A stretch of 64,000 nucleotides of DNA from contig NC_135260.1 in NCBI RefSeq assembly GCF_964204865.1, forward strand, positions 7,626,001 through 7,690,000, in the 5' to 3' direction. A model generated the notes under the pieces. That model did no database searches and was not told the origin of the DNA. It saw nothing but the letters and a program-made list of their open reading frames with translations. Below are positions 25,901 to 38,098 of this stretch, one piece after another; the stretch's first letter is position 1, and every line of letters begins with the position of its first letter. The stretch is from Styela clava (Eukaryota). Position numbers and translations under genes: made by a program.

Positions 25901-26118
25901 AAATTATTGGAGAGAGCGTTGGAATTCGTCCAGGTCGGTATGGTGGACCGAGGGTAGAATTAGATCGCCAAACACTGCGATCTTCGAGAGGAAATGATTC
26001 TGTTCCGATTATACATAATTACGGACATGGTGCCAAAGGTATTTTGCAACATTGGGGCTGTGCTCTCGAGGTTGTCAAGTTGGCTGAGAGTCTCACAAGC
26101 AGCAAATCGAAGCTATGA
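16906..26118 (+). CDS. D-amino-acid / D-aspartate oxidase-like flavoprotein, peroxisomal, ~377 aa; exons 16906-17051, 17297-17493, 24326-24551, 25235-25383, 25703-26118
   Basis: VLGAGISGLSSA Rossmann motif, YLPWL, IVNCSGLG, PIRGQ, GIRPGR, IIHNYGHG...HWGCA, C-terminal SKL. All introns GT-AG with matching phases (1134 nt total). Confidence 0.9.
18744..21720 (-). mobile_element. Full-length pogo/Fot1-like Tc1-mariner transposon (inner element of nest)
   Basis: ~24-bp TIRs TAGTAGGTCGGGG(G/T)AA(G/T)TCGGAC, TA TSD, uninterrupted transposase ORF. Confidence 0.92.
19400..21097 (-). CDS. pogo-family DDD transposase with psq-HTH, CENP-B-type HTH, DDE_1 and C-terminal PHD finger, 565 aa
   Basis: YNVPRTTL HTH; YNADETG, LILDEHGSH, LQPLD (36 residues between 2nd and 3rd Asp); C4HC3 CGIC...WIQCEICQKWFHDIC...CNDC. 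Confidence 0.93.
   Translation of the reverse strand: MPRNYKRTTSRGSWNTENMETAVKEVIKGGKIKSIALAYNVPRTTLSRHVSGKLRKPTGSNHLGKCSVLGDKNELYLINHILEFERRGFPLTVNDIRKLAYEFAIINDLPHRFSKETKMAGMDWWGGFRKRHNDLLTIRKPQSLSIQRAVHLNRPIVNKFFDLLESTMLENSVFGDPSRIYNADETGLSLVPGVKNIVGLKGSRYSSQITSGERGLSQTVVMAVNAVGDYVPPMVIYKGKRVNPLLQQGMPPGTVVKYSESGYMNKEIFLDWIQHFNANKKISSEKVVLILDEHGSHTRSIEVLDFAANNNIEIVSLPPHTSHYLQPLDKLHFKPLKDYYKEAVRVHMRNNPGVGLTRFNFPTLFCEAYMKICTLKNAVLAFKATGIYPLDKDQIPEHAYAPAETTDVSGIVMDSSPSTSGIVPVNEEVPVNERSFDDIQPYPKVSRKSKPPRKKSIETGSRVLTSKNYRKELSALNEASNSGNHSSGQSSSGQSTQVKKLLKKKVKVVGRELLENICGICEGNFFDDEEEEGWIQCEICQKWFHDICAGVYGKFVVRFKCNDCN
22978..24291. mobile_element. Non-autonomous hAT element (same termini as 2706-4260) in oxidase intron 2
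   Basis: TIRs CAGTGGTTCCCAAAC / GTTTGGGAACCACTG; flanks tgctagat(+tca) / tgctagaa. Confidence 0.75.
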
Positions 26119-26454
26119 AATTGTGCGCAAATCGCAATGTTGCATTGGTGTGTTATTTATTTTAGTAATTTAAATACATATGTGTGATTACTATATTGTT
26201 AAGAGCTCTATATTAAAAATAAATTAACTTTAATCAGAAATGCTTTTAAAATTCTTTGTAACAAGAGCGCACTAGCGTAAGCATGTTCGGAAGTTATCAG
26301 TGTACTTATTTTTCTGTCTGGTAAATATTGACAGAACACATGAGTGCGTAAATGATAAACTCATTTATACAACTTGCGGTTGTTGCCAACACGTTTGTAC
26401 CGGTTTCGACGGGATTATCGATTTAAGCGTCACTGTTATGCAATACATGTCGGC

Positions 26455-27282
26455 ATGATCAGGGTTTTTGAGAAGGCTAAACATGCGGAACTGTATGCTG
26501 TTTATAGACCTAAATATCCTAATGCCGTTGTTGAAGATATTGCCAAATACGTCAAGATGGAAAAAGGTATCGTACGTGGTGATAAAATAGACTTGATGGT
26601 CGACGTCGGATGTGGCACAGGACATTCTACAAATATTTTTCAACCATATGTTCGGAAGATAATAGGCTTTGATCCTAGCAAACGTCAGATCGAGCAAGCG
26701 ATGAAGCGCAAGTTCCATACTAATATTTCTTACATGGTATCCCAAGCGGAAGCAATGCCCTTACGTAGCGATTCTGTGGACTTAGTTTGCTCCGGTATGT
26801 CTGCTCACTGGTTAGACTTTGAACTATTTTATCGCGAGTGTAGAAGAGTGCTTAAACCCACTGGTTGTCTTGCGTTATACGGATACTGCAGACCAGCACT
26901 GGCACAAATAGGAAGTGATCCAGATCCACGTGTTACTCCAATATTATCTGAGCTGCACTCCAAATGTGTCTGGCACGAACGTAACAGCCACGTGCACGAT
27001 CGTTACTGTAAAATATTTGACAAAATCTCCACAGAAAATAAACACCGCATTGATAGCCACAAAATACAACAAAGTATTTGTTTGGAAGATTTTTTGCAAT
27101 ATGTATCAACGTGGTCTGGTTATCAAAAACTTTTGGATCAGAAATCATTGCCAGAATTAGATATTCTAACCGACTTTGCTAATAATTTGAAAAAGCTTTG
27201 GGGCATGGAACAATTATCAGATAATCAGGTTAATATACAAGTCACGTGGGAAGTATTTGTAATTCTTGCCGGACGACTGTGA
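26455..27282 (+). CDS. Class I SAM-dependent methyltransferase (Methyltransf_11; trans-aconitate-MT / DDB_G0268948-like), intronless, 275 aa
   Basis: YAVYRPKYP, motif I VDVGCGTG, GFDPSKRQI, AEAMPLRSDSVDLV, SAHWLD, RVLKPTG, YVSTWSGY. First in-frame ATG at 26455. Confidence 0.92.
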   Translation: MIRVFEKAKHAELYAVYRPKYPNAVVEDIAKYVKMEKGIVRGDKIDLMVDVGCGTGHSTNIFQPYVRKIIGFDPSKRQIEQAMKRKFHTNISYMVSQAEAMPLRSDSVDLVCSGMSAHWLDFELFYRECRRVLKPTGCLALYGYCRPALAQIGSDPDPRVTPILSELHSKCVWHERNSHVHDRYCKIFDKISTENKHRIDSHKIQQSICLEDFLQYVSTWSGYQKLLDQKSLPELDILTDFANNLKKLWGMEQLSDNQVNIQVTWEVFVILAGRL

Positions 27283-28175
27283 TCAACATTTTGGCATTTT
27301 GTAATATCTTTAATTTTAATAATTAAGCGATTGAATTGTGTGGTTCATGATGATTAACTATCCGAACAACTACATAATACTTTTTACACAAGCGTGACAT
27401 GTAGTTCAATGCTGGAGGGCGAAAAGTATATTTTTAGATTTATTTATGTTCTGAAATAACGCAAAACTCGAAAAGAGGATAATAATCAAAAAAATGTTTT
27501 TGTTATTGCAGTTTTGGGCTAATTTTGATTATTTTGGCGAGCAGAAATGCCTGCCACACAAAATCCCTAATACATTCGTAAGAAGCTTCTGCACAAACGT
27601 ATCAACTGCTTTTATATTGTATATACTTATCGTTGAACTGGGATTGGTGTTGTGTCATTTTTACCTTGGGTTTTGGTACACATAACAATTTATTTGTGAG
27701 AATTTTCTTGCAGTAAAATACACTTCTTAACGGGGGCAAATAATGGGCTAACAAAATATAATTGCGCGCCCGACTGCTCGACTTTTCACACGATACAAAA
27801 TTCAATATTTACTTCTTCTTTGAGTATTTACAAAGTGCAGACGTGTACAAAACAAACAAAACACGAAGATTCAGTTCACTGTGCAAATAAGTGCAAGCTT
27901 CATTGGCTTGTTTGCGTTTCGCAAGGTTTGTACTTACACGTTTTGCACGCACCGATGCGCTTATCGCATATCATGTTTTGTCGTCCAACAAACGTGATAA
28001 ACCAAGAATTTATTCTATAACAGACATAGGACTGAATATTTAGCTTAGTTCAATTTTGTGGAAAATTTGGCTGGTTTAACACACATTATATGTAAGTATT
28101 ATCTTGCTGGTTGGCAAAGGTTGGAGTCATATATTATTTCACGTTCAAGTCACTTACTTATATATAGATAAAATT

Positions 28176-31100
28176 ATGAGTGCAGAGCTGATTTTTGTCG
28201 AAGATTTTAAAAAAGAAGCGAAAAAAAAAGTATCACCTTTTGGCTGGGGATACTATTCAGCGGGATCAGTCGGAGAACAAACTGTGCACGAAAACTGCGA
28301 GGCATACAAAAGGTAATTTCTCGTTCTATTGACAGATATAACCAACAGTTGTCACAAGAAAAAATAAGGCAGTCTTTCGAGGACAACTCAAACTAAACAT
28401 CATTTTGGCATACAAAAAACAATAAAAAGCTGAGTCAGCTATGCACATATTCACGTTATTCGTTTTTAGTGTCCTATGCAGCCTATCATTGTGTGTCTCA
28501 GGAAGACTTCTTAATGACGTATATATTAGTATAGATAAAACGTCTTGAGGTGTTTTTTATTTAATTTTAGATGGAGATTTCGGCCTCGACTACTGCGATA
28601 TGTGTCAGAAGTGGATATATCAACAACAGTTCTTGGTTCAAATATTCCGTTTCCTATTTGCATTGCCCCGACGGCTCATCATGCTATCGCCTGCGCCGAG
28701 GGCGAAGTTGAAACGGCTCAAGGTGTTCAAATATGATAGAAATTAATTGATTAATTAACTAGTGTTAATAAGGTCAAATAACTTTATAGCACTAACGGCA
28801 CAATCAAAATTCGCTGATCAACTGCAGAACCATTTTCTCACAGACCGTATAAGTTGCCCTTAAAATGTAAATTTATTTTCTATATTTTTTTTTGAATCTT
28901 GGTACTGAGGGTCAGGGGTATTATCAAATAATAAATGACATGTAATACTACCCGCAAAATTAAGTGACTAAATGAAACAATCATTTTTACTTAACATTTA
29001 TTTCCCCAGAAGTTACCTCAAAGTTAGAAAACTGCGCTTGTTTGCCGTCGGCGAAGTTTTTAAATCATGGCGTTTCTACACCTGAGCAAAATAAATGCTG
29101 CAAGATTTTTACATTTTCTATTAATCAACACTTAGATAAGAAATATAAAATAAACAATGAAATTTACTAAAAATTACATTTGTAACTTTTAGGTTCTTGT
29201 TGAGAAAAAGTTGACCCAAGAAAATTTTCCTTAGGTTGGAAAACACTGGCATATAAGACTTGTGATCTTTATGATATACCTCAAAACAAATATTTTTCTC
29301 ACTGATTTCAAGCTATTTTAACATAGTATATCATTTTTATCCCGTTTTTGTTTTGTTTTAGCTGCTGAATCGCTTGGTACCGGAATGGCATTGAGTATCT
29401 ATAGTAACCGTACTATGGAAGAAGTGGCTCATCAAGCACCAAAGGGCACAAAATGGTGCCATGTTCAAATAGTCCGGGTATTCTTATTTGTTATACGACG
29501 ATTTCCTATTTCCACTCCAAACAAAAAGGCCCTGTGAAATCTGCCACTGACAAAATCATGCCTGTCCGAGAAACGATAAATTTCGGCAAATAAATACCGC
29601 AATTCATTCGAATAATTTGGGCACTCCAGAAGTATGTGTACCAATATGGAGGCAACTAATTTTGGTCGCCTACTTTATATCAAGTTGTGTAAAGGGACTA
29701 AAACCTATGTGCAGGGGGTATATTCACTTGGCTAACACCAACAGTCCCCGGATTCGTAATAGAACTAAAATAGAGAAAATCGAAATAAAATTATAGTCTA
29801 ACCCAAACCTGATACACATACTACGGGAGTACCATCTTTTGTATATATATATATAAAGAGAGAGAGAGAGAAGAAATGGCTATGCCCCAATTGAGTCAAC
29901 CACTTTCGTTTTTTAATTGCAGTGACTCTTGATATTTAGAACCGTGATTTGATAAAACATTACGTGAAAAGGGCGGAAAAAGCGGGTTACAACGGATTCA
30001 TCGTAACCATTGATCAAGCAGTTTTAGGAAATCGTCATCATAGATATCCAGACGGAACTAGTTTCGCGTTTAAACAATTGCACCCGTAAGTTTTGCACGT
30101 TCAAATGTCCAATTTTGATGCAATTGTTCTGTTTTGTCTGTATGGTTGGTCTAATATCCCTAAAAATACAAAATCACTAAACAAAGAGCGTCTAAAAAGA
30201 TGCTCAAAAATCTCCATCATTATACTGTTTTACTTGCAAGCAAGGTTATATAAAAAAGACTTGAGTCTCGATAATTACCGGTTCCTTCAATTAAATACAC
30301 TGTAATTTCTCGTATTAGTTCTCTTTCGGTGGCCTGTCCTGTAAATTCTAAATGCAAGGTGAGCATTAACTCATGGATATCTTAGAGGTAAAATTGCTCT
30401 AATTTATAAGTTGGTTTCTGCCTTCTTGACTTTTTTCACAGAAGCACAAACCTATTGGAATCAACGAAACATTTTATGCCACATATGAATGAAATAAGAG
30501 CATTTCTTCATTTAACTGATGGGACCACTGAATGGGACAGCCTTGACTGGTTGAGATCAATTACTAAATTACCAATAGCAGTGAAAGGAATTTTGACAAG
30601 TAAGAAAAGAGTGAAGCGTTATTATAGATTGTTTATGTGTATAAATTTCACAATTAAAATGATTGAAACTGCGTAAATGAAACATGCTCATGCTCTTTGA
30701 TTGGCTCAATAATATGACTAGCGTATCAAATAGCTGACAACATATTCTTTTCAGAATACAAAAACAAACATGGTTATCAAACAAAAAATGTTGTTCTCGT
30801 AATCTTAGTAAAGTATATTGCCTTGTTTTGTTCTAATATACGCTAATGTAACTGCCATTGTTCCCGACACGAAGCAGCGAATCGAACTGCAGAATTTTTA
30901 CTATCGACGCATGCTCAATTATGAATATATATAATTTTTTAGGTGAAATGGCTTTGAAGGCTGTTGAGCATAAGGTTGACGGAATAATCGTGTCAAACCA
31001 CGGCGGAAGACAACTGGATGGCACTTTCGCTTCTGTAAGTTTGATTCAAACTTCCACTAAGATAAATAACTTATACTATCCCACACGCCTAAAAGTACTA

Positions 31101-32475
31101 TTGAAAACAGTACGACATGGTATTCTCTACACTTTGCCCCAACTCAGCTGTCGTCGTGATTACTTAGATTGCTGTTGAACGGAGACGTTTTCTTGTCGAC
31201 TATTTTTGTTATTATTTTCTTGTTGGAATTTCTTATGGCTGCTGCTGCTCGATGACCAAATTTGGTTTCCTCGCTGCTCGCCTCACCCTGAAATGATTTT
31301 TCATTATTCAATCTGTATATCAAGTGTGCTTTTAGTACGCTGAAAAAATAAACTACTGATTACTTTCAGATCGACTCTCTTCCCGAAGTTGTGAAAGCAG
31401 TAAATGGGCGATGCGATGTTTACTTTGATGGAGGAATACGTAAAGGAACTGATATTGCAAAAGCAATCGCTCTTGGGGCAAAAGCGGTTTTCGTAGGAAG
31501 ACCCATACTCTGGGGTCTTATTTGCGGGGTATGTTCTTTAGGTTTGTTTCTTTTGCGAGAACACCCTGTAACAACTTTGCTACGATTCCTCTTTCAAGGA
31601 TTACTCTAATCATTTGAATACAGTTTTATATTCATCCTAACCTAGAACATATCATAAAATTTAATTCATCCCATTAATTCCCCAAGTGCTGCGGTACAAA
31701 CCAGTTGTCCACTGACAAGGTTTGTAGGAAAGGTTCAGCTCATTTTATCTACTAGTGGTAGTGGTCCAAGGATTGCTTCGATATTTGGTTTCTTAACACA
31801 AAACTGAGCTGTTTGAATTTTTAATTATTAGTTGTACCATCAACATCATGCAGACTCGACTTTCAGCGTCGTACAGACATTCATGAATCGATTCGCCATA
31901 GTGTCGTTTTAACTCTGTTACTTGTGTCTATATGCCGAAAAAGTTTCCTAAATATCTTCTATCATTCGCAGGGAAAGGAAGGAGCACAAAGGGTGTTGGA
32001 AATATTGCGTGACGAATTGGTAACCACAATGCAGCTTTTAGGTAAGACTATCTTTCTAAATGAACAAAATAAACAAAAACCTCCGTAGCACTCTCGGGCG
32101 TATAAAATTATACCCATATCAGTAAGTGGGACAGCGCTTATAGCTAAATTTATAATTTCACGAGTAATAGAATTTACATTTTTATCCCCGTGGTGAGAAA
32201 AGCCGAGAAAACGACTTAAGCATATTGTTTTCATGGACTGTCGTCGGCTTAAGAGTACATGTCGAATATTGGTTTAGATAGGTAGTTATTTGTTTCGGAT
32301 TCATGGACTTGATGGTGGAGGAAGTTATGAGCGACCTGTATGAATACATTTGTTTACTGATGATAAATAATGTATCAAGTTCATTGATATTTTCACAGGT
32401 GTAAAGTCTTTGGATGAACTGCAAACAACGCCCGACCTGGTGGTGCACGAATCATATTTATTTTCAAAATTATAA
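28176..32475 (+). CDS. FMN-dependent 2-hydroxy-acid oxidase-like paralog A, ~368 aa; exons 28176-28312, 28571-28722, 29362-29477, 29940-30085, 30442-30599, 30943-31034, 31370-31528, 31972-32041, 32399-32475
   Basis: [49 protein letters not shown]-terminal SKL. GT-AG introns with consistent phase (1107 nt). Confidence 0.93.
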
Positions 32476-32556
32476 TAAAATGTCAAAACTCGCCATCTCT
32501 AATTATATATTCCTAATAGAAAATGTAAAATAATAGTGAATGCAATTAATAATAAT

Positions 32557-32889
32557 AACAAGAGAGCAACGCTCAAATATATGAACACGTTAACCAGAGC
32601 GAAGCAATCCTTACCTTTGACGCCACAGGTACCCTCAAAAAATATCCGAGTTTCGCGTAGCAAGAATTTACAGAATCAAACCGGACAGCCAGTGTACAGC
32701 AAATTTTTGGACGAAATATCAGATTTCATACGAAATTTAGAGATAAATAAAAGTGATAGCCCACTGAAAATTTCAAAGCAATTGGTCTAGTATTCGGAGA
32801 GAAAAGCGATTTTTTAATGAAAATCCTGACGAATAACAAGAACAACAACATAATATTCAAACGATCGTTATGCCCACTGACGTGTCCAA
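32557..32889 (-). mobile_element. HINE family copy (short)
   Basis: AACAAGAGAGCAACGCTC start, family core, (ACA)n, end ACGTGTCCAA. Confidence 0.8.
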
Positions 32890-33338
32890 TTAAGCTGTTT
32901 AGCATCTGAGGAGGTTGGAATCTAGGTTAGGCAGATATTCACCATAACCTAATTTTATTTACCGTTTTTCTAAATGTCACAATTTGGACAGTTTTTAATT
33001 CTTTAGTTTTAATGTCTAAACCTTTTTTGCTTTCGTTTGCAATAATTTTTTTATTTTTGCTACTGTAGTGAAGCTTCCGTTTTGCGATATACAGTACAAT
33101 ACTCAAGAATTGCAACATGATGATGATAAAAAAAAGAATGCTACCATTCGAGTTGTAAGCGAAACTTCAACAGTGCAACTTTCCTGTTCTGGCATAAAAT
33201 GCACACTGTTTTCATTTATAGTCAGTGAAGTATTTAAAAAAATACCAATTACATATTTTTGTTGCTATAAAGAGAGAGAGAGATTTATTGATTGTTAACC
33301 AAAACAAATATACCGGTAAATATGAATGCATACTTATA

Positions 33339-34752
33339 AACAAGAGAGCTATGCTCAAATATATGGACACGTAGAGTCACATAATTTTGATGACGTCATA
33401 GCGAAAAAAAAAGTAATAGCCTTCTGGAGAAAATTTTTATCTTTAACCACTGAAAATTTCAAAGCAATTGGTCCAGTATTCGAAGAGAAAAGCGACTTTT
33501 TAAAAACGTGTCAAAGAACAACAACAACAACATAATATTGAAACGATCGTTATGTCCACTACGTGTCCAACAAAGAGATGAGAGCTAAATTCACGGCGGT
33601 ACCGGTACCTAACGTAGGTGCGGTACTGAGTTAGCAGTCAGCCAGCATCTTACCTGTACACTGTAGGCCATATACGGTAATTGATCACAGAACAGTTGTT
33701 CCCTTGCAAATTTTATGTTGTTTACACTTTAGGACAGATAATTGATCACAGAACAATTCTTCCCTTTCAAATTTTATGTTGTTTCCAGTAGTCTCTCATC
33801 AAAATAAACAAATATAGTAGGCTACAAGTGCTACAACGCTTGCATTACTGCACTGGTAGGACCGTGAAAGAATAAGTTACGGTAATTTCATTGTGGTAAG
33901 ACACCGGTACCGGCACCAGTACCAGTATCGTACTTACGTACTGAGCTACCAGTACCGGTTAGCAGTCAGCCAGCATCTGACCTGTACACTGTAGGCCATA
34001 TACGGTAATTGATCACAGAACAGTTGTTCCCTTGCAAATTTTATGTTGTTTACACTTTAGGACAGATAATTGATCACAGAACAACTCTTCCCTTTCAAAT
34101 TTTATGTTGTTTCCAGTAGACTCTCATCAAAATAAACAAATATAGTACGCTACAAGTGCTACAACGCTTGCATTACTGCACTGGTAGGACCGTGAAAGAA
34201 TAAGTTACGGTAATTTCATTGTGGTAAGACACCGGTACCGGCACCAGTATCGTACCGGTACTTACGTACTGAGCTACCAGTACCGGTATCGAACCTGTAG
34301 GTCTGATATTCCGTTCCGCATACGATATGCTATAAAACTTGCATTGCAGCATTAGTAATACCGCGGAAGGAATAAGTCAATTTCACTGCGTTACGGTACC
34401 GGTATGGCAACTTACCAGTACCGACCTACAGTAGCTGTAGTACTGAGCAAGACAATCGATCGCGAAACCGCTTGAAATAAGTGTAAAACAGTGTTCCCAT
34501 GAGTAAAAATAAATACCGCGAAATTTTGTATGAAATATCATATCTCATAGGATTCATATAAAATTTAAGAATAAATAAAAGTAATAGCCTTCTGGGGAAA
34601 AATATAATCTTTACTCACTGAAAATTTCAAAGCAATTGGTCCAGTAATCAACCACAAAAGCGATTTTTTCATAACGATACCAAGAAGAAGACAAATAAGA
34701 ACAAGAACAACAAAAATACCAAAACGATCGTTATGTCCACTAACGTGTCCAA
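33339..34752 (-). mobile_element. Compound HINE, copy B: complete short unit (33339-33570) abutting a long unit with two 328-bp repeats
   Basis: Two CGTGTCCAA termini (33570, 34752) and one AACAAGAGAGCTATGCTC terminus. Tandem units start at 33631 and 33959. Confidence 0.85.
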
Positions 34753-36619
34753 TAAACGCTGTTATTGGTAGAGACTGGAGGGAGCAATACGACCATACTG
34801 TCATCCAAGTCGGCTCCCGACAAATTCACTGTTATGCATAATGATTTGTTGTTATAATTTGTTTAATGCATGATTTATTTCAGGTTTTGGGATTCGTTTT
34901 ATTTGATGTATATATACCGCTTGTGGTGTCTATTTCAAAATCGGATTGCTGTTATTCCAGTATACTGTCTGTCCATGCAAATAGTAATTACTTACAAATG
35001 CCATATTAAATTTAACTTTTTCCGAATGTCATATGTAGTTTCTGTGCTATCCTAACAATTGTTGCGTTTATATCACAGCAGTGGTATTTCTGAACATTCA
35101 CGATCGATTGCGACTGCTCTATCAAACTCTTTCGTTCTTTAAAGCGCATTCGATCTCATTCAACTAACTCAAAAATCAATTAATTTTTGGAATTTTTTCA
35201 AAGAGTATCGTGTGGGAAAGTTTAGTCTGTATTAGCATTTTCTAGTTGAGATTTTATAGTGGGTAGAATAAAGTTGATAGCAAACAGGGTAAACAAACTT
35301 TCTCGCTAAGACATTGATTTGGTACTTCAATTTCTTCATTTTCGTGTACTTCATTTTCGTGTTTGCTATAAAAATTCAAATAGGTAAATTAGGCCTCATT
35401 TTAACAATGAAATATTGACCTGAAATTTCCAATGGATAGTAGGAACATAAGAAGTTATTCGATTTAATGGTATGTGAGACAAGATTACTTACGTGGGACT
35501 ATCTTTCAATTTCGATCCTATATTTGCGTTTCGCAATATGCATTGAATTGTATACTAAAATTGTATCAACTTTGGCAAATGAGGCTGACAGACACTTGCC
35601 GCATGCACTGCAGTACCCGTATGGCCAACTTACTTCCTTAGCTGAACACCAAGTTTGCTGAAACATCAGCGTACAATCGTGACGGAGGCGGCCGAACGCG
35701 ACAGAAAATTGATCCCGTGAATTGAAATGAAACTTCTGTTTCCCAAGGACAGAGAGAAAATTTCTGAAATAAAACAAATTGCTATAACTTCTATTAGTTA
35801 CTCTTTAATTTTACATGAATCCTATGAGATCTGATATTGCATCCAAAATTTCGCTGTATTATATTTTTTAATTCATGGGAACACGGATTTTACTCCGCAA
35901 TGCGTGACGGCCGTCTTCCGTTTTGATTTTGCGAACTCGTTGTACGCGAAAGTTGAAAGTTTTTAGATACCGGTGACGCGCTGTAGTCTAGGTACTGTGA
36001 AAGGTATAAACACTGAAGACGCATCAATCATCATTGCCGAATGGCCTCGTAAAGCTGAGGCAGTCCGGAATATTGGTTAGGCTTTCGTATCCATTTATTT
36101 CAGTGTTGCTCTATTAGCGTATTCTCTCATTGCTGTTCTTAGCGTATTCTTTTTGAATCCCATCTCCAGATATGGCCGATCTTTTAATATGGTGATAAAA
36201 ATTTGGATCGAAATCAATTATATATCGTGTTTCTTACGATATTACTTGGTATTGACCCCGGTACGTGTAGCATCGGCATAGTTAATCATTTATCAAATCA
36301 CAGCTATCTTCGTAGCTCCCGTTGCGATAATGTATTTGTAATATTATACTGTGTTGATTTCAAAATGCCAGTGAGGTTTATGAATCTTCAGTTTTACTCA
36401 GCGGCTGGATCTTATACAAGCTGTACAATGCCAGAAACAATCAAAGAATATTCCGAACGTTTTTAAGGTAGATATGGGATTGGTATGAGACATGAAGAAA
36501 ATATGAGGACACGCAGCCGCAGAGAGAGAATGATGTATCGTTCTTAATTTAGGTTATAACATTTGTGACATCGACAAGTTGATCGGGAAGAACAGAGAAT
36601 GTATCTTAATTGCCATCAT

Positions 36620-37049
36620 CAGGGGCGTGCCAAACTAGTCTGCTGCCCGGGGCGAGTTTCTGATAATGCTGCCCCTTACACCTAAGTTCTAAAATAATTT
36701 GGGTGATAAACAGATTAAACATGTCGTCATTAACGAGAATAAATCAAATAAAGGTCAAAGTAAGAAAGAAACGTTGGATTTATTAAACTAAGCATCAAAA
36801 ATGTTGCAATTGTAAAATATAGGAAAAAAATGTCTGTGGTCAAGGGTCGGGGAAACAACCCTTGTTGAATAACCATCACCACAGAACACATATTGTTAGC
36901 TTTTAATTAAATAAGAACATATCTAGAATAGCATGTGTAATAACGCAAACTCTACAGCTTGGTTCTGCTGCCTCCCTACAATGTGTTGCCCGGGGCGGTT
37001 GCCCCCATTCGCCCCCCCCCCCCCCCCCCCCCCTCTAGGAACGCCACTG
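36620..37049. mobile_element. hAT-like MITE with GC-rich ends
   Basis: CAGGGGCGT / ACGCCACTG termini; perfect 8-bp TSD GCCATCAT. Confidence 0.85.
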
Positions 37050-38098
37050 GCCATCATCAAGCAATTAAATGCCCACAGTAACATCCAACATTTTTTTGTA
37101 ATTTTAATCAGTCCTTGGAAGTATAAAGGCTGAGTCAACGGTTGATATGTATATAAATTACACAGAAAGCTATTCAACTATAATAAGTATTACACACGCT
37201 GCGACATAAAGTTTAATAGTTCATCAAATCTCATCCTAGTGTTATTTATATTTGAGTTGAACAAATATTAAAGAATAATGATATTAGATATAATGTTTAT
37301 TCGCTACACTAAATGTATGTGTATTCGTCTACGGTCTACCCAACATAATTTAATCTACTGCATTCGATCAAGCGATTTTAATATAGCTGATGTTGAGGTT
37401 TCGACTTATAGTCTTATAGTGTCTGAGGGGAATAATCATATGTGAAAATATGCAGCTCAGGCCAGAGTAAAAGTGTGTGACTATAACAATATAACTTGTA
37501 CAACTATTAAACTAAATTTAGTTTGAATCTTGTTTTGTCAGCAGGGACACATGTGTAAAAATTAAACTGAAAATGTAAAAATAATGAGTTCCTGAGTCAA
37601 AGGTTTGTCTTACAATTGAGTATAACAGTACACGAAATAAGGTTTTAAAACATTCGTCTCGCGCGGGAATGAAAGAAAACGACAAACAAGAAAAGAAAAC
37701 TAAATCATCTGAAGCGGTAAATTAAAATTTATTCACATGTGGTGTGGGCTTTTTCAATATTTCAATCTGCTGCTTCTCATCAATGTATGGCAGTGGTTTT
37801 CAAGTTTTTTTCAATTCGCAGAGCATTTATATATATATATCATAATTTGTTTACGAAATACCAAATGGCATTTTTCGACTTTTCGGGAAAAAGATTGAGA
37901 ATGAGACAAAAAGGAAATAGCGAAACCAATAGCTTGTTGACTTAAGTTGAAAAAAGACCTAACGAATTCTAATCTAAGACCTAAGCACAATTGAGAGTTT
38001 TCAAATTAGGCCACAAAACACTGAAATACCCCCGGGAATTATATAAGACAGGTGCTGTGAGCTTTTAGTAATACTAATCACAGTCTAACAGTCCATAG

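Noticed and set aside
26374-26454. N-terminal extension of the methyltransferase in the ORF track
   Set aside because: Begins at a non-ATG codon; family similarity starts at ATG 26455.
36923-37177. Poly-Gly / poly-Pro ORFs
   Set aside because: Arise from a poly-C run inside a hAT-like MITE.
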